64,000 nucleotides of DNA from Patescibacteria group bacterium. GTDB lineage: Bacteria > Patescibacteriota > Gracilibacteria > UBA1369 > PNNO01. Made by a program: the position numbers and the translations under genes. A model generated the notes under the pieces. The model made no database searches, was not told the origin of the DNA, and saw only the letters and a program-made list of their open reading frames with translations. Shown here piece by piece: positions 37,451 to 46,822 of this stretch. Numbering within the stretch: position 1 is the first letter of the stretch; each line of letters begins with the position of its first letter. Location of the stretch: contig JBHPIO010000001.1 of the NCBI GenBank assembly GCA_042568575.1, forward strand, positions 128,001 through 192,000, written 5' to 3'.

Positions 37451-37596
37451 TTGACATACATCCCAACATAACGTATCGTAGCCGCATGATGAACGCAAAA
37501 AAAATCACAATTATATCTAACCATAAAACCTCTTAATCTGAGGTCTGTTTGCATATCTAATATTTATTTAAGACCTCAGAATGAGGCCTTTTTTTT
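37451..37596 (+). promoter_or_regulatory. Promoter, 16-aa leader ORF and alternative antiterminator/terminator hairpins (attenuator-like)
   Basis: TTGACA-17-TATCGT; ORF 37486-37536 MMNAKKITIISNHKTS; TCTGAGGTCT (37537-46) pairs with AGACCTCAGA (37571-80), which overlaps the terminator GACCTCA-GAA-TGAGGCC-T8. Confidence 0.55.
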
Positions 37597-37746
37597 ATTA
37601 TGAATGATTTAGTTATATTACAAAAAGTACATATATGGTGCGGTGATACGTGCTGTAAATTAATCCATCAAATCTGATAGTGAAAAATTTACAACCACGA
37701 CACCTGCAAATTTGTATGTGTTTTTTTATTTATATAACTAATTATT

Positions 37747-38517
37747 ATGAATACTAGAGAAAAAATTGTTGGAATCCCCAAAAACACACGTTTAAAGGAG
37801 GATGTCCAACCAATTCTTAATAAAGCATTAAAGCTGGAAGATTGTAATAATGGTATATGGCGAAGCCCCTTTCTTGATGACACAAGGTTTGTAGAAATGA
37901 AAATCGCTGACCTTATCATGGCTCTTAGAAGGCGATTTGTAGACCTTGCTCTTATTTCAGACGACAAAGGTTTGGAAGAAGAAGCTAAGCCAAAGAATGA
38001 AGAAAGGATGGAAAGATGTTTTGGACTTCGTATAGAGAAGCCACCTGTAATGAGAGCATTGGTGCGAGAAGAAGATAAGGATAAAATGACTGACAGAATC
38101 TTTGGGGCTTATTACAAAGAGCCTGTTTATAGCGGGGAGAAGGCGGTCACTTCCTATCCTGAGTTAATGCGTTATTATGTCAGGACAAAACTCGGAAAAC
38201 TTCTTCAAAGCTGCAATATCTGGAAGGTGGATGGCCAAGTGGAAAGCTTTATGAGAAATGGTGTATTGCCTAATACAGTTCTCGCTTATGACATTGTTAG
38301 AAGCGGCGATACTGCTCGAAAATTTGGACTTGTTCCAGTAGATGCTGATCAAACATGTGACCCAGCATATAAGGCTTATCCAAGTTTTTGGAGAAATGAA
38401 AGGCTTTTACCTTATCAGAAAAAATATATACAAAAAGTTTTACCTGAAATTATGCTTCGATTAGGTTCCGAGGTTGAAATTGATAATAGGAACACAAGAG
38501 AAGTCTTAACGGGATAA
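37747..38517 (+). CDS. Divergent HisG-like ATP phosphoribosyltransferase (short form)
   Basis: IVGIPK, VDLALISDD, VTSYP, VDGQVE and DIVRSGDTARKFGL follow HisG motif order but are degenerate. Confidence 0.6.
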   Translation: MNTREKIVGIPKNTRLKEDVQPILNKALKLEDCNNGIWRSPFLDDTRFVEMKIADLIMALRRRFVDLALISDDKGLEEEAKPKNEERMERCFGLRIEKPPVMRALVREEDKDKMTDRIFGAYYKEPVYSGEKAVTSYPELMRYYVRTKLGKLLQSCNIWKVDGQVESFMRNGVLPNTVLAYDIVRSGDTARKFGLVPVDADQTCDPAYKAYPSFWRNERLLPYQKKYIQKVLPEIMLRLGSEVEIDNRNTREVLTG

Positions 38518-38526
38518 ACTGAATAT

Positions 38527-38556
38527 AAAAAGGGCGTAGAAAATCTGCGCCCTTTT
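38527..38556. terminator. Bidirectional intrinsic terminator
   Basis: AAAAAGGGCGTAGA-AAA-TCTGCGCCCTTTT between convergent genes. Confidence 0.75.
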
Positions 38557-38620
38557 GTAGTCACGAAAAGAGTTTTAACATCGTCATCCACTATTTTCAA
38601 TAGAAACTCTATTGCGTAAA

Positions 38621-39364
38621 TCATCTACCTCTAAAAAAAGCTTCCTCCGCTTCATACAGGCGCCTTTGTTTTTCATCTAATTCAGCAAGTCTTTGCTTGG
38701 TTTCAAAGATTATAATCCTTGCACCCCCGGATTCTAAAGACTCAACACCCAGTTGAGGATAGAAATCGAATGATGCGTTATAGAGACCTCTCCCTCGCTG
38801 CCTTCCTGCTTCATTTGGTTGCAATAGTTTATCTCTATTTATTTCACCGGACATTAACTGTGTTATCTTTTCAATTAATACGGCAGCGGAATTAGGTTGC
38901 TCAATTGAACAAAGCACACAATCAACTCCAACTTTTGCGTTTACTATTATGCTACCTGTAGCACAATAATCACTTCCATGTTCAATTGCGTTATAAAGAA
39001 ATTCCAACACTAAACGAGGAAACCTTTCCTGATGGTGCTTCTGATTTTCGTCAAGCATTTCATACCACTGACGTATAGGTAAGTACAATCTTAAAGCTAC
39101 CAATCTTCCTAAATTTTCGTTAACTATTCCTAACTTTTCCTTTGCCATCAATCCTCCAGGAATATCATTGAAACGAATATCCTCTTCTAAAAGATTATTT
39201 GTATGAACAGCCACTCCACTTCTTAGAGCTTCATCAGCAATTGCACAAGTTTCTTTATAAAGTGAAACAACAAGGTCATCACTTGTGATTTCCAAAGCTG
39301 TGACCTGCTTCATATCACCAAGCTCCGATTCTGCCTCCTGTAATGTTAATTCTGGCTTAATCAT
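38621..39364 (-). CDS. GHKL/HATPase-like (RsbW anti-sigma kinase-like) protein, divergent
   Basis: N-box LEFLYNAIEHG and G2-like RGRGLY; own promoter TTGACA-16-TATGAT (39391-39418). Confidence 0.6.
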   Translation of the reverse strand: MIKPELTLQEAESELGDMKQVTALEITSDDLVVSLYKETCAIADEALRSGVAVHTNNLLEEDIRFNDIPGGLMAKEKLGIVNENLGRLVALRLYLPIRQWYEMLDENQKHHQERFPRLVLEFLYNAIEHGSDYCATGSIIVNAKVGVDCVLCSIEQPNSAAVLIEKITQLMSGEINRDKLLQPNEAGRQRGRGLYNASFDFYPQLGVESLESGGARIIIFETKQRLAELDEKQRRLYEAEEAFFRGR

Positions 39365-39470
39365 GATCAAATAAAAAAAGAATAGGTTTCATCATATCCA
39401 TTTTTGGATTGATGTCAACTTTCTGGTATAATGTCTTTTGGTGTATATAAATTTTAACTTTTCACTTATC

Positions 39471-40883
39471 ATGAAATCTTTTAGCAAAATCTCTTTAGGC
39501 CTTATTGTGAGCATCCTTTTTGTAAGCATGTTTTCAGGATGTGCGGATATCACTAAATCAAAAGATTACAAAACTTATAAGCTCAAATATCAGGTAAATC
39601 TCACAAATATATCTGATGAGGAAAAAGAGGAAGCTGTTAAAAAAACTCAAAGTCTGATTAATAAACGTATTCATTCATTTGATGTAGCTAATGTTAACTT
39701 AACTCGAGAAACTGAAGGAGAAAAAACTGTTATTGCTGCAGAATTTGGGACTATTGATGATGTTAATGAAGTAAAACAAGAGATCTCGCGAAACGACACG
39801 CTTGTTATAAGAACTCAAGTTGAAGTTCCTGAAGACTATCAAGAAACGCTTAAGGAGAAAGCACAATCAACGTTGCAAACTCTTTTAGATGGAGCAGATT
39901 TCGAAAGTACTGCTCAAAACGATGTATTAAGTGATCCAGAACGAATTTTGTATTCTACTGGTAAAGATATGTACAGAGATGAAATTAAAGAAGTGTTCGC
40001 GGAAAAATTATTTGATATGGAACCGGGAACAGTATATAGCGAATTAATTGAATATGATGAATTTGGAGGTCCGCTCGCACCTCCTATTCCAGTAGCAGCA
40101 ATAATAAAACTAATAGATAAGAAAGAAGTTGATAGAATAACTGAGTATGCAAAAGAAGTTAAATCTAGTCACATACTTATTGCTTACCAAGATGCTATGC
40201 GTGCGTCTGAAGAAGTAACACGTTCAAAAGAGGAAGCCTTCGCATTTGCAGAGGAAATTAAAAGAAGAGTAGATAATAGTGAAGATTTCGTACTTCTTGC
40301 AAGAGAATACTCTGATGACGCTTCAAATAAAATGAGTGGTGGAGTTTTAGAAACTCCAGCAGGACACGGAATATATGCAGAGCAGTTTGAAATAGCTGCT
40401 TTAGCACTAGAAGAAGATGGGCAAATTTCTGAAATCACAGAAACACAATTTGGATATCACATAATTAAAGCTGAAAAAGTAACTCCTTATTCCGAAGACT
40501 CACATAAAGAAATCCAAGTGAGCTTCGGCATCCTATTTTATGCATTACTTGAACCAAAATGGGAAAACACTGAATTAACAGGAGAGTACTTAAAGAAAGC
40601 AGAAACTTTTTATAACGAGGATTACGATCCATATACTATTATAACTTTCAACAGGGAAGGAAAAGAACTTCTAGAAAAAGTAACCGATGAAAACTACAAC
40701 GAAATTATTGCAGTATTCACAGGTCAAAAACTTCGAACAAGCTTTATTGTTGAGAATGTTAATTATTCTGGAGAAATAAAAATCCTCCAACCTTCTACAA
40801 CAAAAGAAGCTGACGAACTATTAGAAGCTCTATATTTAGAACCGCTGCCAGCTCCAATCATTTTGATTGAAGAGGAAGCTTAG
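39471..40883 (+). CDS. Lipoprotein with parvulin-type PPIase domain(s) embedded in a SecD-P1-like periplasmic domain
   Basis: Lipobox FSG|C; SSHILIAY, F..LAREYSDD, ISEITETQFGYHIIK; flanks resemble SecD P1 (INKRI..FDV; LTGEYLKKA...ITFN.EG..L.KVT...PLPAPI). Confidence 0.8.
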   Translation: MKSFSKISLGLIVSILFVSMFSGCADITKSKDYKTYKLKYQVNLTNISDEEKEEAVKKTQSLINKRIHSFDVANVNLTRETEGEKTVIAAEFGTIDDVNEVKQEISRNDTLVIRTQVEVPEDYQETLKEKAQSTLQTLLDGADFESTAQNDVLSDPERILYSTGKDMYRDEIKEVFAEKLFDMEPGTVYSELIEYDEFGGPLAPPIPVAAIIKLIDKKEVDRITEYAKEVKSSHILIAYQDAMRASEEVTRSKEEAFAFAEEIKRRVDNSEDFVLLAREYSDDASNKMSGGVLETPAGHGIYAEQFEIAALALEEDGQISEITETQFGYHIIKAEKVTPYSEDSHKEIQVSFGILFYALLEPKWENTELTGEYLKKAETFYNEDYDPYTIITFNREGKELLEKVTDENYNEIIAVFTGQKLRTSFIVENVNYSGEIKILQPSTTKEADELLEALYLEPLPAPIILIEEEA

Positions 40884-40885
40884 AA

Positions 40886-41767
40886 CTATTCAATCGTTTT
40901 CTGATAACTAGCAAATGCTGAGTTAATAGCTTCAACGGGAATGACGTATGATGTCCCCTCTTCTAGGGAATCAAAATCCAAGACCATTCCTGTGACCTCT
41001 CCTCCCAAATTCACAACAGGCCCACAATGAAGGGATGAATCTATCTCGAAATCTACATACATGAATTCATTTGGGAATAATCTTTTTGATACCCTTGGAG
41101 TTTTATGAATGAGATTTGAAATAATTCCAGACTTAACATGCGTTTTAGCACTTGCATCATTTCCAAAAGAAAGGATCTTTTGCCCAAGCTCAACTACATT
41201 TTCCGAAAAAGGAAGTGTTTGAAAATATGATGTGTCTTCTTCAGCATTTATTGCTAAAAATGCAATGTCATCAAAAGAATCATTATAAACGACATTTGCA
41301 CTATATTCTGTTCCATCATCAGTTAGAAGTTGCCATCTTGCTTGCGAGCCAACAAGGCTGCTGCAAGTCGCAATCAACCCATCATTACTAATAATAAAAC
41401 CCGTTCCTCCAACTACATTTCCAGAAGGATAATTTGAAATTGCCTTCCCCTGGAGATAAAACTGATCACTTGTTTGAGAAACAAAAAGATCGCTATCCGA
41501 AACCTCAACAGATCCTGCATAAAGTGTAACCAACGATGGCGTAACTTTCTTAACTGCATCGATAATAAGAGACTCTTCAACAAAAGTGTGCTCTTCGATT
41601 ACTCTTTTAACTATTGGTGAATTTTCTTCCTGCTCCTGTATAAAATTACTAAAAAGGTACGCAATAATATATTCGTTCGTAATGATCCCTCCAATTAATC
41701 CGAAAATAATACTAACTACAATGCATACTCCTATTATTTTTGTTCGTGACGGTTGTTTGTTACTCAT
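40886..41767 (-). CDS. HtrA/trypsin-like membrane-anchored protein with degenerate catalytic residues
   Basis: GGTGFIISNDGLIAT, DDIAFL, GPVVNLGGEVTGM; TNxH is replaced by TCSS and GNSGG by LHCG. Confidence 0.8.
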   Translation of the reverse strand: MSNKQPSRTKIIGVCIVVSIIFGLIGGIITNEYIIAYLFSNFIQEQEENSPIVKRVIEEHTFVEESLIIDAVKKVTPSLVTLYAGSVEVSDSDLFVSQTSDQFYLQGKAISNYPSGNVVGGTGFIISNDGLIATCSSLVGSQARWQLLTDDGTEYSANVVYNDSFDDIAFLAINAEEDTSYFQTLPFSENVVELGQKILSFGNDASAKTHVKSGIISNLIHKTPRVSKRLFPNEFMYVDFEIDSSLHCGPVVNLGGEVTGMVLDFDSLEEGTSYVIPVEAINSAFASYQKTIE

Positions 41768-41844
41768 TTTAAGTTGATTAAAGTGCCTCAAAATTTTAGT
41801 GACAAAAAACTATTAAAGCAATGTTTAAATGTTATACTGAAAAT

Positions 41845-42411
41845 ATGAACGATGCCGCACAAAAAGACATAATCAGAAAAAATATTAATGAAAAGCGCAA
41901 AAAGCTTGATCCCTTTAATAAAAATAAATTTGATAGGAAGATTTTTGAAGTGCTTCTTCAGCTTCCGGAATGGAAAAATGCAAAAAACATCCTTATGTAT
42001 GTATCCCATTCTTATGAAGTAGATACACACATGCTGATAAGAACTCATTTGGACGAAAAAAACATTGTCGTCCCAAAAACACACAAGATTGATAACACTC
42101 TTATTCTTCACAAAATAAGTACATTTAATGAACTTAAAAAAGGAAACTTCAAGATTTTAGAGCCAGTTTCTCATACAAAAAAGATTGATCCAAAAGATAT
42201 TGATCTTGCGGTAATTCCGGGAGTTGCATTTGATCTAAAAGGCCAAAGAGTCGGATATGGAAAGGCGTATTATGACAATCTCATCCCTAATTTAAACTGC
42301 AGGAAAATTGGTCTTGCATATAGCTTCCAAATTGTTGACAATGTTCCTGCCGAAAAGCACGATCAACCAGTAGATTTGTTAATCACGGAAGATCAAACCC
42401 ATATATTTTAA
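41845..42411 (+). CDS. ygfA: 5-formyltetrahydrofolate cyclo-ligase
   Basis: EVDT, ILEP, IDLAVIPGVAFD..GQRVGYGKAYYD, HDQPVD.LITE. Confidence 0.93.
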   Translation: MNDAAQKDIIRKNINEKRKKLDPFNKNKFDRKIFEVLLQLPEWKNAKNILMYVSHSYEVDTHMLIRTHLDEKNIVVPKTHKIDNTLILHKISTFNELKKGNFKILEPVSHTKKIDPKDIDLAVIPGVAFDLKGQRVGYGKAYYDNLIPNLNCRKIGLAYSFQIVDNVPAEKHDQPVDLLITEDQTHIF

Positions 42412-42420
42412 TCACTAATC

Positions 42421-43665
42421 ATGACTGCACTTGCGAAAACCGACCCAGAGGTTAACGACATATTAAACAAAGAAATGGATAGACAGGCTTATGGCCTTGA
42501 GTTAATCCCTTCAGAAAATTATGCATCTGAAGCTGTTTTGGAAGCTACAGGTTCTGTTTTCACTAATAAATATTCAGAAGGTTATCCAGGAAAAAGATAT
42601 TACGGCGGTCAGGAATATGTTGATATGGTTGAGCGACTCGCAATTGATCGTGCAAAGGAAATTTTTGGAGTGGAACATGTGAATGTGCAGCCTTACTCAG
42701 GAAGTCCTGCAAACACCGCAGTTTATTTCGGCCTCTTGGAATATGGCGACACAATCATGGGATTAAAACTTGATCACGGAGGGCACATAACTCACGGACT
42801 ACCAATTAGTTTTTCTGGAAAATCATTCAACTGCATTGGATATGAAGTTGAAAAGGAAACTGGACGAATAAATATGGATCATGTTCGAGAACTTGCACTT
42901 AAACACAAGCCAAAATTGATTATTGCTGGATACACTGCGTACCCTAGACCTATCGACTGGAAAGGGTTTAAATCTATCGCTGATGAAATTGGCGCTATCA
43001 CTATGGCAGACATCGCTCACATTGCAGGTTTAATTGCTGGCGATGCTCACGAAAGCCCAGTCCCACACTTTGATGTAATCACAACAACAACTCACAAAAC
43101 TTTGAGAGGTCCTAGAGGCGCAATGATTATGTGTAAAGAAAAGTTCGCAAAAGATATTGATCGTGCAGTGTTCCCAGGTTTACAAGGTGGTCCTCACGAC
43201 AATACTACAGCAGCAAAAGCAGTAGCGTTTGGGGAAGCACTAAAGCCAGAGTTCAAGGATTACGCAGCACAAGTTGTTAAAAACGCAAAAGCTCTTGCTG
43301 GTAAATTAACAGAACACGGATTCGAGCTAGTTTCTGGCGGAACAGACAACCATTTAATGCTCATAGATCTTACTAATAAAGACATACCAGGGAAAGTAGC
43401 TCAAGAAGCCCTTGATAAGGCAGGGATAACTCTAAACAAGAACACAGTCCCATTTGATCCTAGATCCCCTTTCGATCCAAGTGGTATACGTCTTGGAACG
43501 CCTGCTCTTACAACTCGTGGAATGAAAGAGGATGAAATGTATAAGATTGCAGGTTGGATTGCAGAAGCACTAGAAAATCACACTAGTGAAGAACACCTGG
43601 CAAAAGTAAAAGGCGAAATTAAAGAGATGTGCAAAAGTTTCCCAGTACCTGGAATTAAAATCTAG
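42421..43665 (+). CDS. glyA: Serine hydroxymethyltransferase
   Basis: [58 protein letters not shown]. Confidence 0.98.
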   Translation: MTALAKTDPEVNDILNKEMDRQAYGLELIPSENYASEAVLEATGSVFTNKYSEGYPGKRYYGGQEYVDMVERLAIDRAKEIFGVEHVNVQPYSGSPANTAVYFGLLEYGDTIMGLKLDHGGHITHGLPISFSGKSFNCIGYEVEKETGRINMDHVRELALKHKPKLIIAGYTAYPRPIDWKGFKSIADEIGAITMADIAHIAGLIAGDAHESPVPHFDVITTTTHKTLRGPRGAMIMCKEKFAKDIDRAVFPGLQGGPHDNTTAAKAVAFGEALKPEFKDYAAQVVKNAKALAGKLTEHGFELVSGGTDNHLMLIDLTNKDIPGKVAQEALDKAGITLNKNTVPFDPRSPFDPSGIRLGTPALTTRGMKEDEMYKIAGWIAEALENHTSEEHLAKVKGEIKEMCKSFPVPGIKI

Positions 43666-45239
43666 TCCTCAGTACGCTTCACGATCATAATCGTAATATC
43701 ATCCATTTGTTTGTAGTCTCCTATAAACTCTTTCACGTTCTGCAAAATAGCATTACGGATTGCAGTTGAATTTTCTAAACTACCAAACTGCTGAACAGAT
43801 GACTGAAACCGCTCCATTCCATAGTTTTCCTTTTCATTTTTCCAAGCTTCAGGAATACCATCACTGTATAAAACTATGTAATCACCAGGTTGTATCTGGA
43901 TTTCTTGTTCATTTATCATTTTCGAAATATCCGGGAACATTCCAAGTGCAATACCACCACTTTTAATCACGGAAACCGAGTTATTTGCCTTAGAATAGTG
44001 AAGAATCGGCTCATGCCCTGCATTCACAAATGTAAGTTTCTTTTGGGTAGTCTCCCAATTCAATAAACAAAGTGTAAGGAACATATTTGCAAGCGACTTA
44101 GCTTTGATTACCTTGTTAACTTCAACCATAATTTCTTTTAGGTTTGGATTTTCCAACTTGCTGAAAAACAATGCATTCGCAATAGATCCAAGTATTCCCG
44201 AAGGAACACCATGACCTGTTACATCACCTAAATAAAACATCGTATTTTGATCATCTCTTTTTAAGAAATCGTAAACGTCCCCTCCAATTTCTTCCGCTGG
44301 TATAAGCCCAGCTGAAATATCTAGTCCTTCTAGTTTTGGAATATTTTTAGGAATCAAATCCGCCTGAATTTTCTGCGCAACTTCAAGCTCTTTCGCAACA
44401 CGCTCTTTGTAAACAAGTGCCTTCGTACTCTTATCAAGATCTTCCGCCATCTTGTTAAACGCATTACCAAGAAGCTCAAGTTCATCATGCGTTTTAATAG
44501 TTACACGATGCTGGAAGTCCCCTTTCGCAATAATTCCAGAACTAGCAGTTAATTTCTTCAAAGGTTTTGTAATTCTGTTTGCAAAGAAGATAATTGTTAA
44601 TAACCCCACAATCATACCCATAACTGCAAGGAATACGATCCTAAGTGCAGCTGCTTTAATTAAATCATCAAGTCTCTGATAATTAACATGGAACAAGACA
44701 GCAAATTCATCATTAATTGGATAAACCAGATAATCCAGTCTCTCCAAAGCACCAAGGTCCTCAATAGATTGCTCATTATTATCCACATACTCATAATTCC
44801 CATCCTCATCCTCTTTCAAATAAATAGTTCTTCCTTCCTGAGTATGGACAGAAGGATTATGGGCTTGAGTCTGCTCAAGCAAGTCAGGATCTGTAATTGG
44901 TCTTTCCGGCCCCTGATACTGTTTTTCACTTTCAAGAACAGAGTCATAAAGAACTCGCCCTGAATATTCAAATACTTGAATTGCATCTATATCCTGTGTT
45001 TTTTGGAAGATACCCGCCATTTCACGATTGAAGTACACAAATCCATTTTGAGCCAAATAGAGGTTATAATTTTCAACTATCAAAGGCGACGTTAATTCGC
45101 TAAACGATCTTGCCTTAAAGAAAATATCCTGAGTCGATTCCTTCTGTTGCTCTTTAATCAAAAGAAAAGCTGCAGCACTAAATAGTCCGAAAACGAGGAT
45201 TGTGATTACCGCTACTAGTTTTGCTTTAATTGAGTACAT
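43662..45239 (-). CDS. Membrane sensor-HAMP-PP2C (SpoIIE/RsbU-like) phosphatase
   Basis: Two TM segments, HAMP ([13 protein letters not shown]), [28 protein letters not shown]. Confidence 0.92.
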   Translation of the reverse strand: MYSIKAKLVAVITILVFGLFSAAAFLLIKEQQKESTQDIFFKARSFSELTSPLIVENYNLYLAQNGFVYFNREMAGIFQKTQDIDAIQVFEYSGRVLYDSVLESEKQYQGPERPITDPDLLEQTQAHNPSVHTQEGRTIYLKEDEDGNYEYVDNNEQSIEDLGALERLDYLVYPINDEFAVLFHVNYQRLDDLIKAAALRIVFLAVMGMIVGLLTIIFFANRITKPLKKLTASSGIIAKGDFQHRVTIKTHDELELLGNAFNKMAEDLDKSTKALVYKERVAKELEVAQKIQADLIPKNIPKLEGLDISAGLIPAEEIGGDVYDFLKRDDQNTMFYLGDVTGHGVPSGILGSIANALFFSKLENPNLKEIMVEVNKVIKAKSLANMFLTLCLLNWETTQKKLTFVNAGHEPILHYSKANNSVSVIKSGGIALGMFPDISKMINEQEIQIQPGDYIVLYSDGIPEAWKNEKENYGMERFQSSVQQFGSLENSTAIRNAILQNVKEFIGDYKQMDDITIMIVKRTED

Positions 45240-45247
45240 AAGAATTG

Positions 45248-46771
45248 TTAATAGACTTCCCAGGCAAGGATATATCCATCAAGACGCGGTCTAAATTGCA
45301 CGCCTACTCGAACACCATAAACAACATCACTTTCGAAAAGTGGAATACCGAAAATATCTTCTTCTGTAATGATTTTCATGATTTCATGAAGCTGGGTTGA
45401 TCTCTTTTTTTGTTCAAGATTCTCCGAACTTAGCTCTACAAGCTGATCTACTTTTTTACTCAGATAATTTCCCCCATTGAAGTGCCCTTTTGAGTGTACA
45501 ACGTTTTCAAAAAATGAACTCGCATCACCAAGTTCCGAACGCCATCCAAGATAATACATCTCGGATTCTTTGTTGACTATCTTGTCTCGCAGGTCTTCCC
45601 ATTTTAGTAAATTTATTTTTACTGAGAATCCAATTTCTGTTATTTGTTCCTTGATATATTCAGCTACAACTTCTGTTCCCATTGTCATATCAATCTCAAT
45701 AGAAGGTCTTTTAAAGGGATCGTACTGCCGAACCAATGTTTTTGCTAAAGTCACATCTTGCTTATTATCCTCAATATCTGGATTAAACCCAAATATTCCA
45801 TTGCTCACAAATTGATTTGAAGGCCTTGCAAAGCCATTTGAGAATTCAACAAATGCACGTTTATCAAACGCAAAAGATATTGCCTTTCTAATACGGCTAT
45901 CTTGTAAAAGTGTCGAATCCATATTAAAGATAAGGAAATTCACTTCAAGACTCGGCAGAGATGCTATTTCAATTGCAGGGTTATCTTTAAGTTCCTGCGC
46001 AAATGAAGGAGGCACATTCGCAAGAATATGTACATCACCAGCCTTAAGGGCATCAATCCTGTCGAATCTATTTGGAATAGTCTTAATTAAAAGAGAAGCA
46101 TAATAAGGCATTCCTCCCCAATAGTCTTCATATCGTACAAATTGAACGTCCAATTCTTCCAATGAAATAAATTTATATGGACCTGTCCCAACTGGCATAC
46201 CAAAATCCTTTTTCTCCGATGGAAAAATCAATACAGAGGAAATCCTATTAACAAGTAGTGGATCAGGTTTCTCAGTTTCTATCAGAATCGTCAAACCATT
46301 AGTTTTCTTAATAGATGTAATTGTTGATAAGACATCAGTTAATCCAGACTTACTGTTTATCATAGCCCTATCAAAACTTGTAATAACGTCATCTGCATCA
46401 AAAGTAGTTCCATCGTGGAATCGTACATTTGGACGCAGCTTGATCTCCCACTGGGTATCATTCAATCGCCCCCAAGAAAGTGCCAACGCCGATTCTATTT
46501 GCAAATTCCTATCCGTTTTAACTAACGCCTCATAAACGTTAAGAATACGACTTCTTGTAGTTGGATCAAAATAAGTTGGCTCAAAAATATCAGTTCCTGA
46601 CGAATATGCAACCACAAGCTCTTTGTCACTCATTTCCTCACTTTCAGCGGTTGAATGGAAAACCCTGTCTTTAAATTGATTATATTCATCAATAAAAAAG
46701 AGTTGCATGAGCAGATAGCCAAGAAGCGCAAGCAAGGCAATATAAAACAATATTTTCAGAAAAGTCTTCAT
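45248..46771 (-). CDS. ABC family-5 substrate-binding protein (no adjacent permease)
   Basis: NVYEALV, LRPNVRFHDGTTFDADDV, VGTGPY, RYEDYWG. Confidence 0.9.
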   Translation of the reverse strand: MKTFLKILFYIALLALLGYLLMQLFFIDEYNQFKDRVFHSTAESEEMSDKELVVAYSSGTDIFEPTYFDPTTRSRILNVYEALVKTDRNLQIESALALSWGRLNDTQWEIKLRPNVRFHDGTTFDADDVITSFDRAMINSKSGLTDVLSTITSIKKTNGLTILIETEKPDPLLVNRISSVLIFPSEKKDFGMPVGTGPYKFISLEELDVQFVRYEDYWGGMPYYASLLIKTIPNRFDRIDALKAGDVHILANVPPSFAQELKDNPAIEIASLPSLEVNFLIFNMDSTLLQDSRIRKAISFAFDKRAFVEFSNGFARPSNQFVSNGIFGFNPDIEDNKQDVTLAKTLVRQYDPFKRPSIEIDMTMGTEVVAEYIKEQITEIGFSVKINLLKWEDLRDKIVNKESEMYYLGWRSELGDASSFFENVVHSKGHFNGGNYLSKKVDQLVELSSENLEQKKRSTQLHEIMKIITEEDIFGIPLFESDVVYGVRVGVQFRPRLDGYILAWEVY

Positions 46772-46822
46772 TTTTTATTTTTATTTCCTTTTATTTTAGC
46801 ATATTATCGCTGTTTTCTCAAC

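Noticed and set aside
37285-37554. 89-aa minus-strand ORF
   Set aside because: It overlaps att-like site 5, its shared arm and the plus-strand promoter and leader, and shows no recognisable protein features.
41768-41844. 6S RNA upstream of ygfA
   Set aside because: The intergenic gap is under 80 nt and AT-rich, too short for 6S RNA.
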